In this document: positions 14,644 through 25,452 of the stretch, one piece after another
Layout of the letters: every line of letters begins with the position of its first letter
Position numbering within the stretch: the stretch's first letter is position 1
Assembly (NCBI GenBank): GCA_964016885.1
Contig: CAXHJY010000860.1
Coordinates: 496,001 to 560,000 of the forward strand
Source: Eledone cirrhosa
Lineage: Eukaryota
Reading direction: 5' to 3'
DNA: 64,000 nt
Program-made: the position numbers and the translations under genes
The notes under the pieces: model-generated
What the model was told of the DNA's origin: nothing
Database searches by the model: none
Seen by the model: the letters and a program-made list of their open reading frames with translations, nothing else

Positions 14644-16582
14644 GGTGCCCCAGCAGGGCCACAGTCTAGTGGCTGGTGGTGCCCCAGCAGGGCTAGTGGC
14701 TAGTGGTGCCCCAGCATGGCCACAGTCTAGTGACTGGTGGTGCCCTAGCAAGGGCACAGTCTAGTGGTTGGTGGTGCCCCAGCATTGCCACAGTCTGGTA
14801 GCTGGTGGTACCCCAGCATGGCCACAGTCTGGTGGCTAGTGGTGCCCCAGCAGAGGGACAGTCTGGTAGCTGGTGGTGCCCCAGCATGGCCACAGTCTGG
14901 TGGCTGGTGGTGCCCCAGCAGGGCCACAGTCTAGTGGCTGGTGGTGCCCCAGCAGGGCCACAGTCTAGTGGCTGGTGGTGCCCCAGCATGGCCACAGTCT
15001 GGTGGCTGGTGGTGCCCCAGCATGGCCACAGTCTAGTGACTGGTGGTGCCCCAGCATGGCTACAGTCTAGTGACTGGTGGTGCCCCAGCATGGCCACAGT
15101 CTGGTGGCTGGTGGTGCCCCAGCAGGGGGACAGTCTAGTGGCTGGTGGTGCCCCAGCAGGGCCACAGTCTAGTGACTGGTGGTGCCCCAGCAGGGCCACA
15201 GTCTAGTGGCTGGTGGTGCCCCAGCAGGGCCACAGTCTGGTGGCTGGTGGTGCCCCAGCAGGGGGACAGTCTGGTGGCTGGTGGTGCCCCAGCAGGGCCA
15301 CAGTCTGGTGGCTGGTGGTGCCCCAGCAGGGGGACAGTCTAGTGGCTGGTGGTGCCCCAGCAGGGCCACAGTCTAGTGACTGGTGGTGCCCCAGCAGGGC
15401 CACAGTCTAGTGGCTGGTGGTGCCCCAGCAGGGCCACAGTCTGGTGGCTGGTGGTGCCCCAGCAGGGCCACAGTCTAGTGACTGGTGGTGCCCCAGCAGG
15501 GGGACAGTCTAGTGGCTGGTGGTGCCCCAGCAGGGCCACATCTAGTGACTGGTGGTGCCCCAGCAGGGGGACAGTCTAGTGGCTGGTGGTGCCCCAGCAT
15601 GGCCACAGTCTGGTGGCTGGTGGTGCCCCAGCAGGGCCACAGTCTAGTGGCTGGTGGTGCCCCAGCAGGGCCACATCTAGTGACTGGTGGTGCCCCAGCA
15701 GGGGGACAGTCTAGTGGCTGGTGGTGCCCCAGCATGGCCACAGTCTGGTGGCTGGTGGTGCCCCAGCAGGGCCACAGTCTAGTGACTGGTGGTGCCCCAG
15801 CAGGGGGACAGTCTAGTGGCTGGTGGTGCCCCAGCATGGCCACAGTCTGGTGGCTGGTGGTGCCACAGCAGGGCTACAGTCTAGTGACTGGTGGTGCCCC
15901 AGCAGGGCCACAGTCTAGTGGCTGGTGGTGCCCCAGCAGGGCCACAGTCTGGTAGCTGGTGGTGCCCCAGCAGGGCCACAGTCTGGTGGCTGGTAGTGCC
16001 CCAGCATGGCCACAGTCTAGTGACTGGTGGTGCCCCAGCAAGGCCACAGTCTGGTGGTGCCCCAGCAGGGCCACATCTAGTGACTGGTGGTGCCCCAGCA
16101 GGGCCACAGTCTAGTGACTGGTGGTGCCCCAGCAGGGCCACAGTCTGGTGGTTGGTGGTGCCCCAGCAGGGCCACAGTCTGGTGGCTGGTGGTGCCCCAG
16201 CAAGGCCACAGTCTGGTGCCTGGTGGTGCCCCAGCATGGCCACAGTCTAGTGGCTGGTGGTGCCCCAGCATGGCCACAGTCTGGTAGCTGGTTGTACCCC
16301 AGCATGGCCACAGTCTAGTGACTGGTGGTGCCCCAGCAAGGCCACAGTCTGGTGGTGCCCCAGCAGGGCCACAGTCTGGTGGTTGGTGGTGCCCCAGCAG
16401 GGCCACAGTCTGGTGGCTGGTGGTGCCCCAGCAAGGCCACAGTCTGGTGCCTGGTGGTGCCCCAGCATGGCCACAGTCTAGTGGCTGGTGGTGCCCCAGC
16501 ATGGCCACAGTCTGGTAGCTGGTTGTACCCCAGCATGGCCACAGTCTAGTGACTGGTGGTGCCCCAGCAAGGCCACAGTCTG
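14644..16582. repeat. 34-bp GC-rich minisatellite (~55 copies) derived from SINE tail
   Basis: ggtgccccagcagggccacagtctagtggctggt; compare SINE tail gtgccccagcatggcc at 22807, 34885(-), 61330(-). Confidence 0.95.
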
Positions 16583-16680
16583 GCCACTGATAAACCAGAT
16601 GCAGAATATAAAAATGTATTTGTTTGTTTGTAATCGCCGAAATTCCTCTCCAGCAATGAAATCCTTTTAATCTGTTGCGA

Positions 16681-16693
16681 GTCGCCATTTTGG
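16681..16693 (-). promoter_or_regulatory. YY1-like motif
   Basis: minus strand ccAAAATGGCGAC. Confidence 0.25.
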
Positions 16694-16854
16694 CCCCTTT
16701 TCTACCCTTAACCCCGTCCGGGACATACTTCTTTGGGTGTTGGGGAGGGGGGGGGGAGCTTAGGAGATTGGTCTAAAAATAACAGCCCTTCCCCTGCATC
16801 TCTCTCACCCTGACCCACACCCACCATCGCTACTCTTAATACGTCTACTTTACG

Positions 16855-17030
16855 CAGTATCAGTAGAGGGTCGGACGCCATGCTCTGCAGCACAGTTACG
16901 TCCCTTTACGATCTGAGTTCAAATCCCGCCGAGGTTGACTTTGTCTTTCATCCTTACGGGGTCGATAAAATAAAGTACCAGTAATGCACTGGATTAATTT
17001 GCTGGCCTTGTGCCAAAAAGTAGAGACAAT
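16855..17030 (+). mobile_element. OK-like Nin-domain SINE
   Basis: same consensus as 10880-11050. Confidence 0.85.
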
Positions 17031-17065
<35 letters not shown>

Positions 17066-17067
<2 letters not shown>

Positions 17068-17427
17068 CTGTATGGGAGCCTCCCAAAAGTCAGCTCAAAA
17101 GTGACACAGAGGAGACTGAGGTTAGCTGGACATGCTCACCGACATCCAGAGTTGACACTGCACTCAGTGCTCCTGTGGGAGCCCCTACATGGACACACTG
17201 GGTTAGCTGGACATGCTCACCGACATCCAGAGTTGACACTGCACTCAGTGCTCCTGTGGGAGCCCCTACATGGACACACAAGAAGAGGAAGACCGAGGTT
17301 AACGTATGTTGATGCCCTAAGGACAGACACTGGTCTGTTGGAGACGCAGGACATGGCAGCGATAATGAGGGACAGAGACCGCTGGAGAGAACTCGTCCAT
17401 GGATCTCTGGAATTTTACCCGCCTTAG
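17066..17427 (+). mobile_element. RTE-clade LINE 3' fragment (end of ORF2) with an 81-bp duplication
   Basis: ELYGSLPKVS..RRLRLAGHAHRH..LLWEP..RRGRPRLTYVD..MRDRDRWR. Confidence 0.9.
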
Positions 17428-17447
17428 ATATATATATATGTATATAT

Positions 17448-17838
17448 GTAGGAGGTGAGTTTTATTGTAGCACAATAAAGCAATGCAGATATCGGATAAG
17501 TAGCACTCAACAGTTTATAGGACTGGAGTATAAATAATATAAGATCAAAAGATGGTTAAAAGAGTTCCAAGTATTTTATTATGCGCATATGTTGATTTAA
17601 AACTTCACTATTCACAAATGTTTTTTAACCTTCATATCATATGTCCCTATTTTATCTGATGAAAACACAGATAACATCCCATGATGATATTTGTTTTTGA
17701 AATGCGCATAATAAAATACTTTGAACTCTTTTAACCATCTTTTGATCTTATATTATTTATACTCCAGTCCTACAAACTGTTGAGTGCTACTTATCCGATA
17801 TTTGCATTGCTTTATTGTGCTACAATAAAACTCACCTC

Positions 17839-17840
<2 letters not shown>
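17448..17840 (+). mobile_element. family-5 HHR element with ~140-bp inverted arms
   Basis: arm 17448-17588 is the reverse complement of 17702-17840; flanked by (TA)n. Confidence 0.85.
17648..17718 (+). ncRNA. type I hammerhead ribozyme (family 5)
   Basis: stem I tattttat/ataaaata, CTGATGA 17656-62, GAAA 17699-702, palindromic stem III ATGCGCAT, AUA. Confidence 0.8.
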
Positions 17841-17888
<48 letters not shown>

Positions 17889-18784
17889 TACACACATATA
17901 TATATATATATATACACACATATATATACATACACACATATATATACATACACACATATATATACATACACACATATATATACATACACACACATATATA
18001 TATATATACATAAATATATACACACACACATATATATACATATATACATATACATACACACATATATTTACATATATATACATATATATATACACACACA
18101 TATATTTACATATATATACATATATATATATACATATATACATACATATATATATATACATACGCACATATATATACACATATATACATACATATATATA
18201 TATATATACACATATATATACACATATATATACACACACATATATATACATATATATATACACATATATATATATACATATATATACACAGATATATATA
18301 CATATATATATATATATACACATATATATATATACATATATATACACAGATATATATATACATATATATACACAGATATATATATACATATATAGATATA
18401 TATACATATATATATACACACATATATATACATTTATATATATATATATACACATATATATATACACACATATATACACACACACACATATATACACACA
18501 TATATATAGATATATATATAAAAAATTTAACTAGAGGCGGTAAAAGCCGTGCGTGACATGTAATATTCCATTATTGGCAACGAGTTCCAATAACAATTAA
18601 AATACCAATAATAAAAATAATAATAAGAAACTCTATAGTTATCAGTCGTCGATTTAGACGTAAACAATATCGACCCCTTCTCTCGCTACTGCTTATCAAA
18701 CTAGGGGTCGCGATGTTTGATAAAATACTTCAAACAAGGTCCTTGGCGTATCATGGCGGGCGAACTTAACAAATCACAGCTTAC

Positions 18785-18849
18785 CTTTCGTAGAAATATA
18801 TGTAGGACATTTAAGTGATACAATACTTAACGAAAGGAACGAATAAGAT
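18785..18849 (-). other. putative 65-nt non-coding exon (module copy A)
   Basis: cttctctttgattctgtctgcAG|atctt...ttctacgaaag|GTAAGc; homologous to copies B and C. Confidence 0.55.
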
Positions 18850-18854
18850 CTGCA

Positions 18855-20480
18855 GACAGAATCAAAGAGAAGGTGACGTCCAGAGAAGATAGGGTTTGGT
18901 TAGGGCTAGTGTTAGGGTTGGTTAGAGTTAGGGTTGGGTTAGAGTTAGGATTAATATAGACAGAGAGAGACAGAATCAAAGAGAAGGTGACGCCCAGAGA
19001 AGATAGGGTTTGGTTAGGGCTAGTGTTAGGGTTGGTTAGAGTTAGGGTTGGGTTAGAATTAGGATTAATATAGACAGAGAGAGACAGAATCAAAGAGAAG
19101 GTTACGTCCAGAGAAGATAGGGTTTGGTTAGGGCTAGTGTTAGGGTTGGTTAGAGTTAGGGTTGGGTTAGAATTAGGATTAATATAGACAGAGAGAGACA
19201 GAATCAAAGAGAAGGTTACGTCCAGAGAAGATAGGGTTTGGTTAGGGCTAGTGTTAGGGTTGGTTAGAGTTAGGGTTGGGTTAGAATTAGGATTAATATA
19301 GACAGAGAGAGACATAATCAAAGAGAAGGTTACGTCCAGAGAAGATAGGGTTTGGTTAGGGCTAGTGTTAGGGTTGGTTAGAGTTAGGGTTGGGTTAGAA
19401 TTAGGATTAATATAGACAGAGAGAGACAGAATCAAAGAGAAGGTGACGCCCAGAGAAGATAGGGTTTGGTTAGGGCTAGTGTTAGGGTTGGTTAGAGTTA
19501 GGGTTGGGTTAGAATTAGGATTAATATAGACAGAGAGAGACAGAATCAAAGAGAAGGTTACTTCCAGAGAAGATAGGGTTTGGTTAGGGCTAGTGTTAGG
19601 GTTGGTTAGAGTTAGGGTTGGGTTAGAATTAGGATTAATATAAACACAGAGAGGCAGAATCAAAGAGGAGGTGACGTCCAGAGAAGATAGGGTTGGGGTA
19701 GGGCTAGTGTTAGGGTTAGAGTTAGTGTTAGGGTAAGGGTTTGAATTAGGATTAATATAGACAGAGAGAGACAGAATCAAAGAGGTGATGGCGAGAGAAG
19801 GTAGAGTTGGGGTAGGGCTAGAGTTAGAGTTAGTGTTAGGGTAAGGGTTAGAGTTGGGTTAGAATTAGGATTAATATAGACACAGAGAGACAGAATCAAA
19901 GAGGTGATGCCCAGAGAAGATAGGGTTGGGTTAGTTTAGAGCTAGAGTTAGGGTTACAGTTAGTGTGAGGGTAAAGGTTAGTGTTAGTGTAAATTTTAGA
20001 GTAAAGATTAGGGTTAGAGTTAAGGTTGAGTAGACACTCTCAGACAAGACCAGAGAGGTGACACCCAGAGAAGAAAGTTAGGGTCAGGTTAGGGTTAGAG
20101 TAAGTGTTAGGGTAACGATTAAGGTTAGAGTTAGGACTAGGGTTAGTTTAGAGTTAGGGTTGATATAGACAGGGAAACAGAGACACATTCAGACTGAACC
20201 AAAGAGGTGCTGCCCAGAGAAGAAAGTTAGGGTTAGGTTAGGGCTAGAGTTAGGGTTAGAATTAGAGCTGAGTTAGAATTAGCGTTAATATAGATACACA
20301 CATACAAAACCAGAGAGAAGGTGACGTCCAGAGAAGAAAGTTAGGGTTAGTGTTAGAGTAAGGGTTAGAGTTAGAATCAGGGTTAATATAGACATGGAAA
20401 CATAGATATACACAGACAGAAGCAAAGAGAATGTGACGTCCAGAGTAGAAAGCTAGGGTTAAGTTAAGGTTAGAGTTAGG
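18855..20480. repeat. 114-bp minisatellite rich in TTAGGG-like hexamers, degenerating rightwards
   Basis: gacagaatcaaagagaagg at 18855, 18969, 19083, 19197... Confidence 0.95.
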
Positions 20481-20487
20481 GTTTGAT

Positions 20488-20715
20488 ATTGGTAATCATA
20501 TAGATATTTGACCCCTACCGACGTTAGGAAGGAAGTAGGGTCACAGTCTCTGACAAAATACTCAGACATTGTCTCCAGAGTATTAAGACGAAAGAAAAAA
20601 CAAAAGCAAATCGTCTCCACCCACCAAAAATATCCAACTAAACTTATGAAGTGAACCAACAAAATCTGGGATATACCGATAGAGGATCAGAAAGATGTTG
20701 ACCCAGAAAGAGAAG
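20488..20715 (-). pseudogene. decayed module copy D (acceptor, 18-nt exon remnant, ATAAGT dead donor, intronic hairpin)
   Basis: atcccAG|attttg..; cgtcttaatactc..gagtattttgtcagagactgtgaccctac..gtaggggtca..tatatgattaccaatat shared with B and C. Confidence 0.5.
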
Positions 20716-20745
20716 AAACTTTGGTTTAGAGTTAAAATAGACCCC

Positions 20746-21161
20746 TAGGCTATTTTGCCGGTAAATATTTTTATTATTATTTTGGCAGGCTAAGTTCAAA
20801 TCCCGCCGAGGTTAACTTTGCTTTTCATCCTTACGGGGTCGTTAAAATAAAGTACCAGTAATGTACTGGGATAATTGGTGGCCTTGTGCTAAAAATAGAA
20901 ATAATTATTTTTTTAGCAGGTTCAGTTCAAATCCCGCCGAGGTTAACTTTGCCTTTCATCCTTACGGGGTCGATACAATAAAATACCAGTAATGTACCGG
21001 GTAATTGCTGGCCTTGTGCCAAAAGTACAAACAATTATTAAGGCAGGTAATGTTAAAAATAGCAACAACACAGATTTAACACAAACGTTTATTTATTTTC
21101 ACAATAAAAAAAATTTTAAATCTAACCCTACCCTATCTATATTTACCGGCAAAATAGCCTA
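20746..21161. mobile_element. putative MITE with 23-bp perfect inverted termini, containing two SINE fragments
   Basis: taggctattttgccggtaaatat 20746-68 / atatttaccggcaaaatagccta 21139-61. Confidence 0.6.
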
Positions 21162-21357
21162 TTTGTAGAAAATATTATTCTCTATATACAACAGTTGCCG
21201 AACCGGACGTACAGAGGTTCGACCCCTACCGATGGTACTTCTGGTCAATTAGGGGTCACTCTGTCTGATAAAATACTCAGTGTCCTTGGAATATTAAGAC
21301 GAAAATATAAACAAACAAACGCTCTTCCTCTCACCTCAAAACCTCAACAAAACTTAC

Positions 21358-21416
21358 CTTCGTAGGAATCAATATATGACACTTTAAGTCATTGTGGTAA
21401 GAATCTCTCGGGAGAG
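21358..21416 (-). other. putative 59-nt non-coding exon (module copy B)
   Basis: ctgctatccAG|ctctccc...tcctacgaag|GTAAGT. Confidence 0.55.
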
Positions 21417-21807
21417 CTGGATAGCAGACGGTCTTCAGAGAAAAAAACACCTTTCTCTTCCTTAAGCAAGTCTTTCGGCCTTTAAAAAGAGCCAAGAAGT
21501 TCAGGTAACAAAGACACAGACCAAGAAACTCGAAGAAGAAAATTTTGGCTGGTTCGAATCGGTTGAAAAAAAGTTTGTTTTTCCTAACGTTATCAACGAC
21601 ATGTTTTTTTCTTTTTTTTGGTGGCGTCGATTTTTTCCATCATGGCGGACAACAAGACGAAACAAAGCGAACAAAGTCTCACGAGAAAAAAAGGAGATTT
21701 GTGGCGACATCATACACAATAAAATATTTGGCAATGACATGTAGAAGAAGAGGGTAAGAAAATAATGAGAGGGGAGAAAATATTCGTTACGTCAGAATAT
21801 TTTAATA

Positions 21808-22860
21808 TAATTGTTTTTACTTTTGGCAAAAGGCCAGCAATTACCCCAGTGTATTACTGGTACTTTATTTTATAGACCCTGTAAGGATGAAGGCATAGCT
21901 AACCTCGGCGGGATTTGAACCCAGAATGTAAAGGGCCGTAACTCTATGCTGTAAAGCAGGATCTGCGACTCTCTACCAATTTTTGCCAATCCACCGCTCT
22001 ATATATAATAATTGTTTCTACTTTTGGCACAAGGCCAGCAAATACCCCAGTACATTACTGGTACTTTTTTTTATCGACCCCGTAAGGATGAAAGGCAAAG
22101 TTAACCTCGGCGGGATTTGAACGCAGATTGGCAAGGGCCGTAGCTCTATGCGTCAAAGCATGGCGTCCGACCCTCTACCGAAACTGCCATAATTGTTTCT
22201 ACTTTTGGCACAAGGATAGCAAATACCCCAGTGCATTACTGGTATTTATTTTATAGACCCTGTAAGGATGAAAGGCAAAGTTAACCATGGCGGAATTTGA
22301 ACTCAGAATTTAAAGGGCCGTAACTCTATGCTGCAAAGCAGGACGTCCGACGCTCTACAGGATACTGCCAATCCGCCACCCTTAAAATAATGGTTTCTTA
22401 TATAGGAACAAGGCCAGCAATATTGGGAGAAGGGAATGTCAATTAAATCGACCCCAGTGTGTGACTGGTACTATCTTTTATCCCCCCACCCCGTAAGGAT
22501 GAAAGGCAAAGTTAACCTCGGCGGGATTTGAACTTAGACCATAAAGGGCCGTAACTCTATGCTGTAAAGCAGGATGTCCGACGCTCTAGCGATTTTTGCC
22601 AATCCACCGCTCTATATATAATAATAATTGTTTTTACTTTTGGCACAAGGCCAGCAATTACCCCACTGTATTACTGGTACTTTATTTTATCAACCCCTGT
22701 AAGGATGAAAGGCAAAGTTAACCTCAGCGGGATTTCAACTCAGACCGTAAAGAGACGTAACTCTATGCTGCAAGGCATGGTGTTCGACCCTCTACCGATA
22801 CTGCCTGTGCCCCAGCATGGCCTCAACCGAATGACTGGAACAGGTAAAAGAGTAAAAGAA
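21808..22860 (-). mobile_element. cluster of ~5 tandem OK-like SINEs
   Basis: repeated aaggatgaaaggcaaagttaacctcggcgggatttgaac. Confidence 0.9.
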
Positions 22861-23004
22861 ATAAACTCTATGATTATCGGGGGTCGCAATGAACGCAAGT
22901 TATTTCCCGGCGCCAAAGACGCTACTTTTTTCCTAAAATAAGTCTCAAAAATCTGCCTTGAGTCCTGGAGGCCGAAAGTTGTTTATTATTTTTTTTCAAA
23001 TGGG

Positions 23005-23400
23005 GCCGTGGTTTGGCAGTATCGGTAGAGCGTCAGACACCATGCTTTGTAGCATTGAGTTACGGCCCTTTACGTTCTGAGTTCAAATCCCGCCGAGGTT
23101 AACTTTGCCTTTCATTTCAACCTTACGGGGGTCGATAAAATAAAGTACCAGTAACGTACTGGTAAATTGCTGGCCTTGTGCCAAAAGTAGAAACTTTACA
23201 AATTCGATGGATTGACAGTATTGGTAGAGCGTCGGACGCCATGCTTTGTAGTATAGAGTTACGGCCCTTTACGTTCTGAGTTCAAATCCCGCCGAGGTTA
23301 ACTTTGCCTTTCATTTCATCCTTACGGGGTTGATAAAACAAAGTACCAGTAATTCACTGGGATAATTGTTTGTCTTGTGCCAAAAAGTAGAAACAATTAA
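23005..23400 (+). mobile_element. two OK-like SINEs
   Basis: consensus match. Confidence 0.85.
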
Positions 23401-23499
23401 TATTATATAAGTCCGGATAAACATATATCGTTGAGTGCTTGACATCTGTTATAAAGTACCAGTAATTCACTGGAGTAATTTTTTTTTTGTTTTTTGCTG

Positions 23500-24219
23500 G
23501 CCTTGTGCCAAAAGTAGAAACAATTATTACAGGGTCTATAAAATAAAGTACCAGTAATACACTGGGGTAATTGCTGGCCTTGTGCCTAACGTAGAAACAA
23601 TTATTACAGGGTCTATAAAATACAGTACCAATAATACACTGGGTTAATTGCTGGCCTTGTGCCTAAAGTAGAAACAATTATTACAGGGTTGATAAAATAA
23701 AGTACCAGTAATACACTGGGGTAATTGCTGGCCTTGTGCCTAAAGTAGAAACAGTTATTACAGGGTTGATAAAATAAAGTACCAGTAATACACTGGGATA
23801 ATTGCTGGCCTTGTGCCTAACGTAGAAACAATTATTACAGGGTCTATAAAATAAAGTACCAGTAATACACTGGGATAATTGCTGGCCTTGTGCCTAAAGT
23901 AGAAACATTTATTACAGGGTCTATAAAATAAAGTACCAGTAATACACTGGGTTAATTGCTGGCCTTGTGCCAAAAGTAGAAACATTTATTACAGGGTCTA
24001 TAAAATAAAGTACCAGTAATACACTGGGGTAATTGCTGGCCTTGTGCCAAAAGTAGAAACATTTATTACAGGGTCGATAAAATAAAGTACCAGTAATACA
24101 CTGGGATAATTGCTGGCCTTGTGCCAAAAGTAGAAACATTTATTACAGGGTTGATAAAATAAAGTACCAGTAATACACTGAGGTAATTGCTGGCCTTGTG
24201 CCAAAAGTAGAAACAATTA
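23500..24219. repeat. 77-bp minisatellite x9 derived from SINE 3' region
   Basis: agggtctataaaataaagtaccag unit at 23531, 23608, 23685, 23762... Confidence 0.9.
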
Positions 24220-24486
24220 CTTTTTTCAAATTTTTGGCTATCAAAATTAGGGTGCGTTCTCGAGAACGAAGCGTCTTCGGCGCCGGGAAGTACAGTATTT
24301 CGGCCCCTATCACCTGTATGACTCCGGAGTCAAAGTGCCAGACAAACCAATCGAACACTGTGGTATTATCGCGTTGTCTCGTCTTCTCTCGCCCATTTTC
24401 TTTTTTCTTACCTGTTAGAACCAGTCAAGATTTTCTTTTCATCGCTGAGCGTCACGTTCTCCGTGACCCTCTGTCTCTCTGTCCAG

Positions 24487-24546
24487 ATTTTAAGGGTTCC
24501 GCTAAGTCTTGTGTGACTAAAATATCTCACAGATGTTTCTACGTTG
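24487..24546 (+). other. putative 60-nt exon (module copy C)
   Basis: ctctgtctctctgtccAG|atttta...ttctacgttg|GTAAGT. Confidence 0.6.
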
Positions 24547-24719
24547 GTAAGTTATACCTAATTTTTTGTTATGTTTTTTTTGGGGGGAGGTGGGGGGTCG
24601 TCTCAATATTCGAAGGACTAGGTTTGATTATTTTCACATACACACTGACCCCGAATTGACCAGAAGTACTGCCAGTAGGGGCCCGAGTTATATCATTTAT
24701 AATTTTCTATATGATTACC

Positions 24720-24750
<31 letters not shown>

Positions 24751-24791
24751 CGATATTAAACAAATGGAAACTATATTTATAAAACCATATT

Positions 24792-24857
24792 TATTTCGTT
24801 ATATATATTTCTGGGATATCATATTAAAAATATGGTATGCCTTCCTCAGACAAAATA
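24792..24857 (-). ncRNA. type I hammerhead ribozyme (mirror copy)
   Basis: reverse complement of 24998-25063. Confidence 0.65.
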
Positions 24858-24997
24858 CAATACATAAGCTGTTTTATAAATAATTAGTGACATACCTTAT
24901 AATAATGCAACTTCCATTTACCAAATCAACTTTTTAAATGGAAGTTGCATTATTATAAGGTATGTCACTAATTATTTATAAAAAAGCTTATGTATTG

Positions 24998-25063
24998 TAT
25001 TTTGTCTGAGGAAGGCATACCATATTTTTAATATGATATCCCAGAAATATATATAACGAAATA
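24998..25063 (+). ncRNA. type I hammerhead ribozyme (family 3 variant)
   Basis: stem I tattttgt/acgaaata (compensatory A-U to G-C versus the 10023 copy), CTGAGGA 25006-12, GAAA 25044-47, stem III ATATATAT. Confidence 0.7.
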
Positions 25064-25191
25064 AATATGGTTTTATAAATATAGTTTCCATTTGTTTAAT
25101 ATCGTAAACCTACTCCAGAAACTGTCGAGTGCTTTTATATCAGTTATAAAATATTTACTCGTTGTAACCCAACAATCTTAAATAAAACTTT

Positions 25192-25241
<50 letters not shown>

Positions 25242-25275
25242 CATGTATACACACACGCACGCACATGTATATCTA

Positions 25276-25445
25276 ATAAAGAAGGTGTGGTAAGATACCA
25301 GGTCGGCCATAACGTCCCCAGAGTACTCAATACTTAGAGTAGTAGAGTGGGTAATAGGAAAGGAATCAGGACCCCGACGGCTGAGCTCTAGATCTAGCTG
25401 TCGAAACGGCCGGAGCTCAGCCGTCGGGGTCCTGACTCTTTTCAT
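25276..25445 (-). mobile_element. family-1 element with fold-back
   Basis: ggaccccgacggctgagctc..gaaacggccggagctcagccgtcggggtcc; minus strand attgagtact. Confidence 0.7.
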
Positions 25446-25452
25446 ATATATA

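Larger units (their letters stand above)
22899..24297. mobile_element. pogo/mariner-like terminal-repeat remnants bracketing a SINE block
   Basis: ttcccggcgccaaagacgct 22904-23 versus agcgtcttcggcgccgggaa 24270-89 (19/20 inverted); right end gaagtacagTA. Confidence 0.4.
24749..25195. mobile_element. family-3 HHR element as a ~170-bp-arm palindrome plus tail
   Basis: arms ~24749-24920 and ~24935-25106; tail with gtcgagtgct ends at (TA)n. Confidence 0.85.

Noticed and set aside
14644-16582. 34-bp array as CRISPR or repeat-protein gene
   Set aside because: Contiguous units with no unique spacers, unit length not a multiple of 3, eukaryotic SINE-derived
16600-16688. Minus-strand gene start MATRNRLKGF
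   Set aside because: No donor site; runs into minisatellite
18827-19780. 317-aa ORF with 38-aa repeats
   Set aside because: By-product of a stop-free 114-bp minisatellite with a non-ATG start
19700-20480. True telomere
   Set aside because: TTAGGG hexamers are degenerate, interspersed and internal
21642-21722. Small ORF MADNKTKQSEQSLTRKKGDLWRHHTQ
   Set aside because: 26 codons, no recognisable homology or splice continuation
24487-24580. Spliced-leader RNA gene (short exon, GTAAG, aattttttg Sm-like site)
   Set aside because: Exons are preceded by good acceptors, differ strongly between copies, and the Sm-like site is not conserved in A or B
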